Of a stretch of 64,000 bases of DNA, positions 22,349-34,578 are shown piece after piece. Every line of letters begins with the position of its first letter. Position 1 is the first letter of the stretch. Below the pieces are notes generated by a model. The model was not told where the DNA came from and searched no databases. It worked only from the letters and a program-made list of their open reading frames with translations. This stretch comes from Anaeramoeba ignava BMAN (lineage: Eukaryota; Protista; Anaeramoebae), in NCBI GenBank assembly GCA_028826165.1, contig JAPDFW010000125.1:186001-250000 (forward strand), in the 5' to 3' direction. Made by a program: the position numbers and the translations under genes.

Positions 22349-25300
22349 TTATAAATCTTGATTATCAATATGAGTTTTAAAATTTGATAAATTGGATTTT
22401 TGATTTTGATTTTGATTTTGATTTTGATTTTGATTTTGATTTTCATTGTTTTTAATAAGTTTGTGATGAGTAGAAGAATCAATTTCGAAATTTTGGAAAT
22501 TTTGTTCATTTTCATTTTCATTTTCATTTTCATTTTGATTTTCATTTTGATTTTCATTTTGATTTTCTTCATCTTCATTTGATTGATTTTCTTGATCTTT
22601 TTCGGAATCATTCTTCTTATTTCTTGCATCAACTATTTTTTGGATTTTTCTTCTTGTTGAAAAATACTGATTATCACTGAATAAAGTATAGATGATCAAA
22701 ATAACAACGAGAATAATCCAGTGAATCAAACAGGCCATCAAACTAGGTTTTAATGGATGATACCAAGTCTTTGGGTTGTTATAAATCTCTGTAACGACCC
22801 ACCAAATGAGAATTCCGACAGCCTCAACAGGAATAACATATTTGATAAGAAATGCAAAAATTCTTGGCATTTTTTGCCGGATGACCGTTTTGATGAAAAA
22901 CGGAATTTTGATTTTTTGGATGAGGATATCCAAGAAAAGACCAGACATCAGAAGAGCATTTCCCCACGAATAATCTTCAATACTCAAAAAATCGGTACTC
23001 AAAGCAGAAGGCAAACCAAGAACAAAAACAAGAATGGAAAGGAAAATAAGAGCTTTTTTTCTGGAGTATTTGAAGTCGACCAGGAACTTCAACGGAAGCT
23101 CAAACATTGAAATAAGGGAAGAAATAACGGCGCAAGTAAGAGCAAGGAAGAAGAATACGCAGAGGATTCTTCCAACGCCGCCCATACTATTGAACAGCAA
23201 CGGAAACAATTCAAAAGCCAATCCCGTTCCGCAAGTTCCCGAGTTGTTCATTTTGGCAATGACCTGGTCGCGGGTTTCTTTTCCGTAAAGCAGGCCAAAC
23301 GAGGATGCAAAGGTGAGCATTCCGCAAAGTAACGAGATTCCGTTATTCACCATGGGAATGAAAAATCCTGATTTGACTGGAGAATGTTTTTCTTTCATGT
23401 AATTTGCATACGTGAGAAATAGTCCTTCCGCGGCTCCAGTGTCAAACGAGTTCTGGACTATCGCATTGAACCAAGTTGTGGGTTTAATGAGTAGTTTGGG
23501 ATCCGGATAAAAAAAGGTTCTGATCCCGATACTCGAATATTCAAACGTTAGTGATTTGATAAAACATATAAAAAGTATTAAAAGTAAAAGTGGAACAAGA
23601 ATCATATTCGCTTTTTCTATTGATTTCACTGAGTGATAACAAGCAAGTGCAACTATTAGAATAATCGCAAAAAGTGTTAGAACTGGATATCCCTTTTGCA
23701 TTCCGTCGAAAATTTCTCCTGCTTCGTCCATGTTCGTTGGAAGTGAATGAAACATGAAATAGAAAAGGTAATAAAGACACCATCCAGAAATTACTGCGTA
23801 ATAGAATGTGATGAAAACAATTGCTGCCGATATGAACATCCCCATGAATCTTCCTTTTCGAAATGTGAAATAATCAAATGTGGACGGTGTAGTGAATCTT
23901 GTGTATTTTCCCACTTAATTTTGATTTTGATTTTGATTTTGATTTTGATTTTGATTTTGATTTTAATTTTGATTTTGATTTTAATTTTAATTTTAATTTT
24001 GATTTTAATTTTGATTTATATTTTGATTTTGATTTTGATTTTGATTTTGATTTTGATTTTGATTTTAATTTTAATTTTGATTTTGATTTTGATTTTGATT
24101 TTGATTTTGATTTTGATTTTAATTTGATTTGATTTTGATTTTGATTTTGATTTTGATTTTGATTTAAATTTTTATTTTAATTTGATTTTCATTTTAATTT
24201 TAATTTTGATTTTGATTTTAATTTTAATTTTGATTTTGATTTTGATTTTGAATTTGAATTTGAATTTGAATTTGATTTTGATTTTGATTTTGATTTTGAT
24301 TTTGATTTTGGTTTGATTTTTGATTTGGATTTTGATTTTGATTTTGATTTTAATTTTGATTTTGATTTTGATTTAAATTTTGATTTTGATTTTAATTTTA
24401 ATTTTAATTTTAATTTGATTTAAATTTTGATTTGATTTTTGATTTGATTTTTGATTTTGATTTTAATTTGATTTTGATTTTGATTTTGATTTTGATTTTG
24501 ATTTTTAAATTGATTTTGGTTTTTAAATTGATTTTGAATTTGATTTGTATTTGAATTTGAATTTGATTTTGATTTTGAATTTGATTTTATTTGTATTTGG
24601 ATTTTGAATTTGATTTTGATTTTTAAATTGATTTTGATTTTTAATTTGATTTTGATTTTGATTTTGATTTTGATTTTGTATTTGTATTTAATTGAGTTAT
24701 TCTCTTACTATATTTTAAAAGTAAAACTCAATAAACTATTTTTTTTTGAAATAAGCTTTACATGAATATTCAGAAATAATTAAAGGAATTGACCATAAAA
24801 AAAGAAAAGAAATCCAAATTAAAAGAAAAACACCAGTTCCTTCTCCTCCTGATTCTGAAAGAACCATTGCAACAACTAAAATATTGAAATTAAATTGATT
24901 TAAATTGATTTAAATTGATTTAAATTAAATATTGAATTAAATTAAATATTGAATTGAATATTGAATTGAATATTGAATTGAATATTGAATTGAATTGAAT
25001 TGAATATTAAATTGAATTGAATTGAATTAAATTGAATTGAATATTAAATTGAATTGAATATTAAATTGAATTGAATATTGAATTAAATATTAAATTGAAT
25101 ATTCAATATTAAATTGAATTGAATTAAATATTAAATTGAATTGAATATTGAATTGAATTGAATATTAAATTGAATATTGAATTGAATATTGAATATTAAA
25201 TTGAATATTAAATTGAATTAAATTAAATATTAAATATTAAATATTAAATATTCAATTCAATATTAAATTGAATTGAATTGAATTGAATTAAATATTAAAT

Positions 25301-26130
25301 TAAATATTGAATTGAATTGAATATTGAATATTGAATTGAATTGAATATTGAATTGAAATTAAATTAAATTGAATTGAATATTAAATTGAATTGAATATTA
25401 AATTGAATATTGAATTGAATATTGAATTGAATATTAAATTGAATATTAAATTGAATTGAATTGAATTGAATTGAATTGAATTGAATTAAATATTAAATTG
25501 AATTGAATATTGAATTGAATTGAATATTAAATTAAATTGAATTGAATTGAATTGAATTAAATTAAATTGAATTGAATTAAATTAAATTAAATTGAATTAA
25601 ATTGAATTGAATATTGAATTAAATATTGAATTGAATTGAATATTAAATTGAATTGAATTAAATTGAATTAAATTGAATTGAATATTAAATTGAATTGAAT
25701 ATTGAATTAAATATTAAATTGAATATTCAATATTAAATTGAATTGAATTGAATTGAATTAAATATTAAATTAAATATTGAATTGAATTGAATATTGAATA
25801 TTGAATTGAATTGAATTGAATTGAATATTAAATTGAATATTGAATTTTGAATTAAATTAAATTGAAATTAAATTAAATTGATTTAAATATTGAATATTAA
25901 ATTGAATATTAAATTGAATTGAATATTGAATTAAATTGAATATTGAATTGAATTGAATATTAAATTAAATAGAAATCTAAATAATTACTTCGGGGATATC
26001 TCCAAGTGTTTCCTATTCCAACTGCAGCTCCAATAGCAGATAAAAAAAGCAAATATCGATTACTAAATTGGGGTGATTGAGATGGTTCAGTTGGAATAAG
26101 TGAAGAATCTTCTTCTAAAATTTGACTCAT
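22349..26130 (-). CDS. Sodium:neurotransmitter symporter (NSS/SLC6) family transporter; 3 exons
   Basis: Exons 26130-25989, 24875-24762, 23913-22349. TM1 SAIGAAVGIGNTWRYPR, IPLIISEYSLGKYTR across junction 2, GTGLAF, ISSLISMFE. Confidence 0.88.
23914..24761 (-). repeat. NSS intron 2 (848 bp), mostly (AAAATC)n on the sense strand
   Basis: (GATTTT)n on + strand. Confidence 0.85.
24876..25988 (-). repeat. NSS intron 1 (1113 bp), mixed 5/7-mer repeat (TTCAA, TTTAA, TATTCAA on the sense strand)
   Basis: (TTGAA/TTAAA/TTGAATA)n on + strand. Confidence 0.85.
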
Positions 26131-26534
26131 GAATAATTAAATTGAAAAGTAAAAAATTTAAAAAAGCAAATAATAAAAATTAAATGTAATCAATTTTGGA
26201 ATGAAGAAATTAAAATGTTTTGAAAAAAAATGAATTTAGATTTGTGGTTTTTTTTCAATAATTTTTAACTCAAAAAAGAATAATGAATCATTCAAAGATC
26301 AAAATTATATTTTATTTTTGAAAAATATTATTAAAAAAAAAATAAAGGGGAGATTCATTCTTGTTATTTAAAAAAATTTTTTTTTCTTTTTAAAAAATAA
26401 TTCTCTTTAAAATCAATAATCAAAATTAATTTAAAATTATATTTTCTCAAATTTTCCAAAATAAAATCTTGTTAAAAAATAAATTCAATCAAACAGAACA
26501 ATTTTGACAATTTTTTCAATAAATTCAAAATAAA

Positions 26535-27670
26535 AATATAAAAAATAAGAATAGATTTAATTTAATATTTAATTTATAAATTAATTTAAAAATATAATTT
26601 ATTATTTAATTTTATGTTTAAAATAATAATTTAATGTTTTAGATTTAAATATTTTATTATTAAAATATTTAACATATAAATATAAAAAATAAGAACAGAT
26701 TTAATTTAATATTTAATTTATAAATTAATTTAAAAATATAATTTAATATTTAATTTTATTATTAAAATAATAATTTATTGTTTTAGATTTAAATATTTTA
26801 TTATTTAAATATTTAACATATATAAATATAAAAATAAGAATAGATTTAATTTAATATTTAATTTATAAATTAATTTATAAATATAATTTAATATTTAATT
26901 TTTTATTATTAAAATAATAATTTAATGTTTTAGATTTTAAATATTTTATAATTAAATATTTAACATATAAATATAAAAATAAGAATAAGCTTAATTTAAT
27001 ATTTAATTTATAAATCAATTTAAAAATATAATTTAATATTTAATTTTATTATTAAAATGATAATTTAATGTTTTAGATTTAAATATTTTATTATTTAAAT
27101 ATTTAACATATAAATATAAAAATGAGAATAGATTTAATTTAATATTTAATTTATAAATTAATTTATAAATATAATTTAATATTTAATTTTATTATTAAAA
27201 ATAATAATTTAATGTTTTAGAATTAAATATTTTATTATTTAAATATTCAACATATAAATATAAAAATGAGAATAGATTTAATTTACTATTTAATTTGGAA
27301 ATTAATTTAAAAATATAATTTAATATTTAATTTTATTATTAAAATAATAATTTATTGTTTTAGATTTAAATATTTTATTATTTAAAAATTTAACATAAAA
27401 ATATAAAAATAAGAATAGATTTAATTTAATATTTAATTTATAAATTAATCTAAAAATATAATTTAATATTTAATTTTATTATTAAAATGATAATTTAATG
27501 TTTTAGATTTAAATATTTTTATAATTAAATATTTAACATATAAATATAAAAATAAGAATAGATTTAATTTAATATTTAATTTATAAATTAATTTAAAAAT
27601 ATAATTTTATATTTAATTCCATGTTTAAAATAATAATTTAATGTTTTAGATTTAAATATTTTATTATTTA
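26535..27670. repeat. AT-rich tandem satellite, ~144-bp unit, 8 copies, intergenic between divergent genes
   Basis: Anchor GAATAGATTTAATTTAATATTTAATTTATAAATT at 26549, 26693, 26838, 26983, 27126, 27270, 27413, 27556. Confidence 0.92.
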
Positions 27671-28080
27671 AAAATATTTTGAAAATTGATTTTTGAAATT
27701 AAAATTTTATCTTTTTTTTTGAATTAAATTGAATTAATATTAATTTGGAAATTTGTTTTAAAATTTAAATTTATTAATAATTTTTAAATTCCAAAAAAAA
27801 AATTTAAATTAAAAATTAAATTAAAAATAATTTTCCTTTTTTTTTTAATAATAAAAATTAATAAAAAATAATAATAATTTATTAATAAATTAATTTAAAA
27901 TAATAAATTAAAAAGAAAATTAAATTAATTATTAATTTAAATTTAGTCTCATTTTTTATATAAATTTAATTTCCAAAAAAAGGAAAAAAAATATTTTTAT
28001 TTTTCATTTTTCATTTTTTTCCTTTTTTTTTAATAAACAAAAAAACAAAAAACACAAGAAACACAAAAAAACAAAACAAA

Positions 28081-29823
28081 ATGGATAATAATAATAACAA
28101 CCAAATTCAAAATGCAAATCAAAATCAAAATGAAAATGAAATGAAAAATTTAGAAAAAAAAGTAACAAAAAATTTAATTGAAGATTATTCAAACCTTTTA
28201 AATGGAAATTCATTTAAAGATTTTTCAATTTTTGTTGAGAATGAATTAAATCCTTTTGAAATTAAAGTTCATAAATCAATTTTATCTTTAAGATCTCCTT
28301 TTTTTAATAAGTTTTTAAGAGGAAAAAACGATATTGATAAAATTTTCTTAAACCAATTTAATAAAAAAGAAATGGAATCAATTTTAAGTTATATTTATTA
28401 TGGAAATATTTCTTTTGAGAATAAAGAAAATCTTATCCAATTATTAGAAATTTCAATTTATTTTAAATTAAATTTATTGAAAGAAATTATTCAAAAAAAA
28501 ATTTCAAATTCAATTAATTATTCAAATTTTTTCCAATTTTTATTCCAAAATCGAAATTTAAATTCAAATGAAATTGAAATAAAATGTTTTGAATTAATAA
28601 ATCAAAATTTTTCCCAAATTCAGAATAATGAAAATTTATTCAATTTAACTAAAGAAGAAATTATCAAATTTATTCAATTTAAACAAGAAAAAAAAGAAAT
28701 TTTTCAATTTGATTTTTTTCAATTTTTAAATGATTGGATTCAAAAAAGAGTTAAATCCTTAAAATTAAGGAAATATAAGAACAAAATGAATGCAAAGACA
28801 AGATTATTTCATTCTTTTTTTTCATTATTTGATAAAGATTCAATTTCAAAACAAGATTTTGATAAATTAAAACAATTTGATTTTTTTCCTAAATCTTTTT
28901 TAATGAATCTTCAACAACCTCTTTTGGATATCAAAGAAGAAGAAAATTTCAAATTAAAGAAGGAGAATAAGAAAAAAGATGAAAAAATCAAATCAAAAAG
29001 AAAAGAAATTTCGAATTTGAAATCTCAAAATTTGAAAAAAAATAAAGAGATTGAAAAATTGAAAGGAGAAAATGAAAAGAAAGATAAAATTCTCAAACAA
29101 AAAGATGAAGAAATCCAAAATATTAAATTATCTTTTGAGAAAGAAATGAAAGAAGAAAAAGATAAGATTAAGGATAAAGAAAAACATCAAAAAGATATGA
29201 AATCAAAATTTGAATTAATCAAAAAGAATTTTCCTCAATTTTCAGAAACAAAAATTATCCAAGATATTGAATATATTAAGAAATTAAAAGAATGGATAAA
29301 TGATAATGATTTTTTTTCTAAAATGAAAAAAGGATTTTCAGCAAAAAAAGATGGATTTGATTGTGAAAAATGGCATAAAGCAGTTGATAATAAAGGAAAA
29401 ACATTAGTTATTATCAAAACAAAAGATAATTTTATTTTTGGAGGTTTTACTCAAGTTGGATTTACAAATGATAAATCAAAATGGAGAGAAGAAGATAGAA
29501 AAAATGATTGTGGTTATATTAAAGATGAAAATGCATTTATTTTTTCATTAAGAAATGATAAAGGAGATAGAAAACCAGAAAAATTTCCAATTAAAAAAGA
29601 AAGAGAAGATAATGCAATTTTTTATAATTTTGAAGATTATGGTCCAGATTTCGGATTTCCTGATTTGGCATTAGAAGAGGATTTACAATCTGGTGAATCA
29701 AATTTTGGCCATACTTATAATCTTCCTAATGGAATTAAATGGGATACAGATGAATCTAAAAGTTATTTGGCTGGTTCTTTTAATAAATGGATTGTTGATG
29801 AACTTGAAACTTATTTCATTTAA
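28081..29823 (+). CDS. BTB/BACK + coiled coil + TLDc domain protein
   Basis: BTB FKDFSIFV...IKVHKSILSLRSPFF...ILSYIYYG; TLDc FSAKKDGFDCEKWHKAVDNKGKTLVIIKT..FIFGGFT...AFIFSL...GPDFG...VDELETY. Confidence 0.9.
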   Translation: MDNNNNNQIQNANQNQNENEMKNLEKKVTKNLIEDYSNLLNGNSFKDFSIFVENELNPFEIKVHKSILSLRSPFFNKFLRGKNDIDKIFLNQFNKKEMESILSYIYYGNISFENKENLIQLLEISIYFKLNLLKEIIQKKISNSINYSNFFQFLFQNRNLNSNEIEIKCFELINQNFSQIQNNENLFNLTKEEIIKFIQFKQEKKEIFQFDFFQFLNDWIQKRVKSLKLRKYKNKMNAKTRLFHSFFSLFDKDSISKQDFDKLKQFDFFPKSFLMNLQQPLLDIKEEENFKLKKENKKKDEKIKSKRKEISNLKSQNLKKNKEIEKLKGENEKKDKILKQKDEEIQNIKLSFEKEMKEEKDKIKDKEKHQKDMKSKFELIKKNFPQFSETKIIQDIEYIKKLKEWINDNDFFSKMKKGFSAKKDGFDCEKWHKAVDNKGKTLVIIKTKDNFIFGGFTQVGFTNDKSKWREEDRKNDCGYIKDENAFIFSLRNDKGDRKPEKFPIKKEREDNAIFYNFEDYGPDFGFPDLALEEDLQSGESNFGHTYNLPNGIKWDTDESKSYLAGSFNKWIVDELETYFI

Positions 29824-30095
29824 GAATTTTTTTTTTAATTTTTCTTTCCAAATTAAATTTTCATTTTCTTTTAATCAAATTAAAATAATTTAAAATAATA
29901 AATAGGAAACAAATCTAATTCTAAAAAAATTTAATTTTTGAATTTGATTTTGATTTTTATTAACTTTAATTTTAATTAAATTTAATTTGAATTTGATTTT
30001 GATTTTTATTAACTTTAATTTGAATTTGATTTTGTTTTTATTCTTAGATTTTATTCTTAGATTTTAATTTTGTTCTTAGATTTTGAATTTTGATT

Positions 30096-33000
30096 TTATT
30101 TCAATTTATAAGCTGAAGAAAACCATTCGACTTCATCACAATCAGGTAATTGAAAAGAACCAGATAACAATTTTTGCTTTCCAGGATTTTCAGTGATCCA
30201 ATTCAAATTTTTCAAATTACTCAATTTTTGTTGAATGGAATAAGAAGAATAACCAAAAAAAGAAGAATCATTATATCGACTCTCAACTGGGGATTCAACG
30301 TTATGGAAATATCTCCTAAAAGCTTGTCTGCGGTATCCTTTATAAGAGTAGATTTTTGGTTTTGCGCTGTTATAAAAGAACCAATTTGAATGAATTCTCT
30401 TCAAGGAAGATCTAGCACCAAAATAGTATCTTGAAATATAATTAGCTTCGAAATTGATGCCTTCGCCATAAGGAATATAGACCGATTCATAATCAGTGAC
30501 TTTATTAGTTCTTGACTTATTCGGGACAAATATTCGGGACAAATCGAAGGCATTTGGATCGAATTTGATGCCGAGTTTGCGCTTCTCGGCGAAGTAATCA
30601 CGGTAGTAAACTCTTTTGAGCTCAATTAAGTGATTTTTACGTTCTTCTGAATTTGGAAACTTGTCAAGAAGTAATAATTTGGCGAGTCCTTGCACTTGAT
30701 GAAACCCCTTCTGAAAAATAGCCTCATCCACATAGGATTGGTTGAAGCCTGGGATGGCGACACAGAACCCGCGATGGGCATACTTAAGAAGTCTGCTCTC
30801 ATAAGAAGGAGATCTGCGCGTCAAATCGACCATATTGTATCGTTTTGTTGTCGCCCTCAAAAATCTGGGGCTCGCATAGACTTTCTTGCCATCGAAACCG
30901 ACGCAGCAAGAGTCGACATCGAAACCCAGCAGGACTTCTGCGGGAGATTTATAGAGACGAAGAATAACTTGAAGATGTCGAAACGGCCAGTTTGACACAA
31001 TTGTGACAGTGTTTTGTGAATTATAAACAGAATAATCATCAGCAAAGATGCTGTTCTCTATGATCTGCTTTGTTAGTCGGGCAACTTTTTCTGATGCTTC
31101 TTTCTCGTTTAGTCCGTAGATGAAGATATCGATGTCTGATGCTTTGTATGAAATTCGATGAAAATATTGTCGAATTGTGTTCATGTTTTGGTTATACTCA
31201 TCAGGTACTTTTCTGAGACACGCAAGTATGGCTCCGCCTGCAATAAACACATTATCCCAATTTATGAAGTCGAGTTGACTCTCTGTGAAAATTTTGAAAT
31301 TTCTTAAAAATTGTTCATATGAATCAACAAATGGTTGATCATCCATTTCCTTTTTTAATCCAAATAACATCAACTTGGGAATCTTCATTTCGTATGAATC
31401 CCAAGGCTTTTGTTGGAATTTAGTCACGTCTTCAAAGACATCTATTAAATCAATTTTTGGATCATCGAGAACTGGATTATCTCGATCGTTTGCGAAAAGT
31501 TTTCGAAGATAAATGCTTGTGTTATTTAAACTTTTGTTCCAATATTTTGAGTTGTTGAATTCTTCAAATCCTTTTTTTTCAATAAATTTTAAATAGCTTT
31601 CTAGCTTTAAATATTTCATCACATGCTTCATGTATATTGTTGGCATGTTTCGAAATAAATCAATGTATTCATCGATTGTTTCTAAATTGTCTAAAACTTC
31701 TGCTACTTTTTCTGCTGCAAGAGCTGTCAATTTTGGGATTTTGTTTTCATTTCCTTTATTAATTTTAATTTAATATTTAATTATAAAATATTTATAAAAT
31801 AATATTAATAAATAAATTATATTTTAATATTAATTTAAATCAATTTTATTTTTTGATATAATCTTAATTAAATTTATTTTATTTTTAATAAGTTTATTTT
31901 TTGATTTAAATCAATTTTAATTTAATATTTAATTATAAAATGTTTATAAAATAATATTAATAAATAAATTATATTTTAATATTAATTTAAAATTAATTTA
32001 AATTTTTGATATAAATTAAATTAATTTTATTTTATTTTTAATAAGTTTATTTTTGATTTAATTTAATTTTAATTTAATATTTAATTATAAAATGTATATA
32101 AAATAATATTAATAAATAAATTATATTTTAATATTAATTTAAAATAATTTAAATTTTTGATATAATCTTAATTAAATTTATTTTATTTTTAATAAGTTTA
32201 TTTTTGATTTAAATTAATTTTAATTAATATTTAATTATAAAATGTATATAAAATAATATTAATAAATAAATTATATTTTAATATTAATTTAAAATAATTT
32301 AAATTTTTGATATAATTTTATTTAAATTTATTTTATTTTTAATAAGTTTATTTTTGATTTAAATCAATTTTAATTTAATATTTAATTATAAAATGTTTAT
32401 AAAATAATATTAATAAATTAATTATATTTTAATATTAATTTAAAATTATTTAATTTTTGATATAATTTTATTTAAATTTATTTTATTTTTAATAAGTTTA
32501 TTTTTTGATTTAAATCAATTTTAATTTATTATTTAATTATAAAATGTTTATAAAATAATATTAATAAATAAATTATATTTTAATATTAATTTAAAATAAT
32601 TTTATTTTTGATATAATTTTATTTAAATTTATTTTATTTTTAATAAATTTATTTTTGATTTAAATTAATTTTAATTAAATATTTAATTATAAAATGTTTA
32701 TAAAATAATATTAATAAATAAATTATATTATTATTAATTTAAAATTAATTTTAATTTTTGATATAATTTTATTTAATTTTATTTTATTTTTAATAAGTTT
32801 ATTTTTGATTTAAATTAATTTTAATTTAATATTTAATTATAAAATGTTTATAAAATAATATTAATAAATAAATTTTATTTTAATATTAATTCAAAATAAT
32901 TTTAATTTTTGATATAATTTTATTTAAATTTATTTTATTTTTAATAAGTTTATTTTTTGATTTAAATCAATTTTAATTTATGATTTAATTATAAAATGTA

Positions 33001-33174
33001 TATAAAATAATATTAATAAATAAATTTTATTTTAATATTAATTCAAAATAATTTTAATTTTTGATATAATTTTATTTAATTTTATTTTATTTTTAATAAG
33101 TTTATTTTTTGATTTAATTATAAAATTAATTTTAATTTACGAGTTAAAATTTTGTTTGGAATAGGAGATTCCAT
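30096..33174 (-). CDS. Pol-beta-superfamily nucleotidyltransferase-like protein with N-terminal BC-box-like motif; 2 exons
   Basis: Exon 1 33174-33141 (MESPIPNKILT+c), intron 33140-31754, exon 2 31753-30096 restores the frame. Motifs FIAGGA..SDIDIF, GFDVDSCCVGFDG, RRSPSYESRLLKYAHRGF. Confidence 0.75.
31754..33140 (-). repeat. Intronic tandem satellite, ~151-bp unit, 9 copies
   Basis: Anchor TTTTGATATA at 31855, 32008, 32159, 32309, 32459, 32610, 32760, 32911, 33063; bounded by GT (33140) and AG (31754) on the minus strand. Confidence 0.9.
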
Positions 33175-33298
33175 TTTTAAAATAAATTTCAATTATAAAA
33201 GAATTTAGAATAATTGAAAAAAATGAAAATGAAAAAAATCAAAAAAAAATTTTTATTTTTTATATTTTTATTTTTCATTTTTCCTTTAAAAAAAAAAT

Positions 33299-34374
33299 AT
33301 GTTTAAATCAACATCATTTTGGAAATTTATTTCTTCATCACTTGGAATTTATTTTTTCTTCATGGCTTTTGGAATGTTTCATGAAGAATTACTTTCAACA
33401 AAATATTCAGAAAAAGAATTTAATTTGATTTTATTTTTAAATTTTGTATTTGATTTTGTAAATTCAATAATTGGATTTTTTGGTGATTGGATAATTTCAA
33501 GAAAAATAAAAAGAATAAAAGCACCAAGATATATTCCGCCATATAAAATCTTAGTTCTCTCAATAATGTCTTTAACAACAGATTTTTTAGGTCAAAAAGG
33601 ATCACTTTTAACAAATTATCCAACTCAAGTACTTATGAAAGCTTCAAAACCTTTAACTATTCTTTTTGTTGGTCAATTAATTTTCAAAAGAAAATATTCA
33701 ATTAGAAAGTTTGTTTTGTATGTCTGGGTTGGTTTTTGGTTTGTATCTTTTCTCAAGCTCTAAATTTCATTCAACTACTCAATCTATTGATTCAAAATAT
33801 TTTCTTGGTTTGATTTTTTTGGTTGTTGATTTGATTATTGATGGTTTTTTTGGGAGTTATCAAGATAAATTGAAAAAACAATATGAAAAACCTTCTTTGT
33901 TTTATCAAATGAAATGGATAAATGGGTGGAAAGGTTTAATTTTAGGAATTTGTAAAATATTCAAAAATATTCAAAAATATTTAAAAATATTCAATAATAT
34001 TTAAAAATATTTAAAAATATTCAAAAATATTTAAAAATATTTAAAAATATTTTATAGTTTTGTTGTTAAACAAAAATATATTCCAAGGAATCAATTTCTG
34101 TTTAACAAATAGACATTTAGGTTTTTTAATCATTGCTTGTGCTTTAAGTATGGCTTTTGGTCAAGTTTTCATTTTTTTTGCTGTTAACAATTTTGATGCT
34201 CTTACTGTTTCAATTATAACAACAACTAGAAAATTTTTCACAATAGTTTTGTCATTTTTCGTTTTTAAACACAGTTTTAATTCTAATCAATTTCTTGGAA
34301 TTTTTTTAGTTTTTGGATTTCTTTTGTTTGATTTAATAATGTCTTCTTTTGAAACAAAACAAAAGGAAAATTAG
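33299..34374 (+). CDS. SLC35B1/HUT1-like UAA-family nucleotide-sugar transporter; one intron (33952-34057) and an apparent 1-nt frameshift near 33715
   Basis: TNYPTQVLMKASKPL, IDGFFGSYQDKL, FGQVFIFF...LTVSIITTTRKFFTIVLS; C-terminal KQKEN. Confidence 0.8.
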
Positions 34375-34578
34375 AAATTTTTTTTTTAGAAAGAATCTTT
34401 AAAATAAATTTTAAAATAAATTTAAAAATAAATTTAAAAATATTTGATGATTTTTATTATTTTTGTTCTCTTTTTTTGGATTATTATTATTTTGTTTTTG
34501 GAAAATTTAAAAACAAAAAACTTAAGAAAGATATTAAAAACGTAAGAAAGTAAATGATAAACGATTGATTTCTAATGT

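Noticed and set aside
30450-31250. Recent horizontal transfer inferred from high GC alone
   Set aside because: The same GC elevation occurs inside the AP-2 alpha exon, so composition is not diagnostic; phylogeny is required.
10616-33174. An OAS/RNase L-like system formed by the nucleotidyltransferase and the ankyrin-pseudokinases
   Set aside because: No KEN nuclease domain, the NTase lacks recognisable OAS/cGAS features, and the genes are ~9 kb apart with unrelated genes between; only an architectural analogy.
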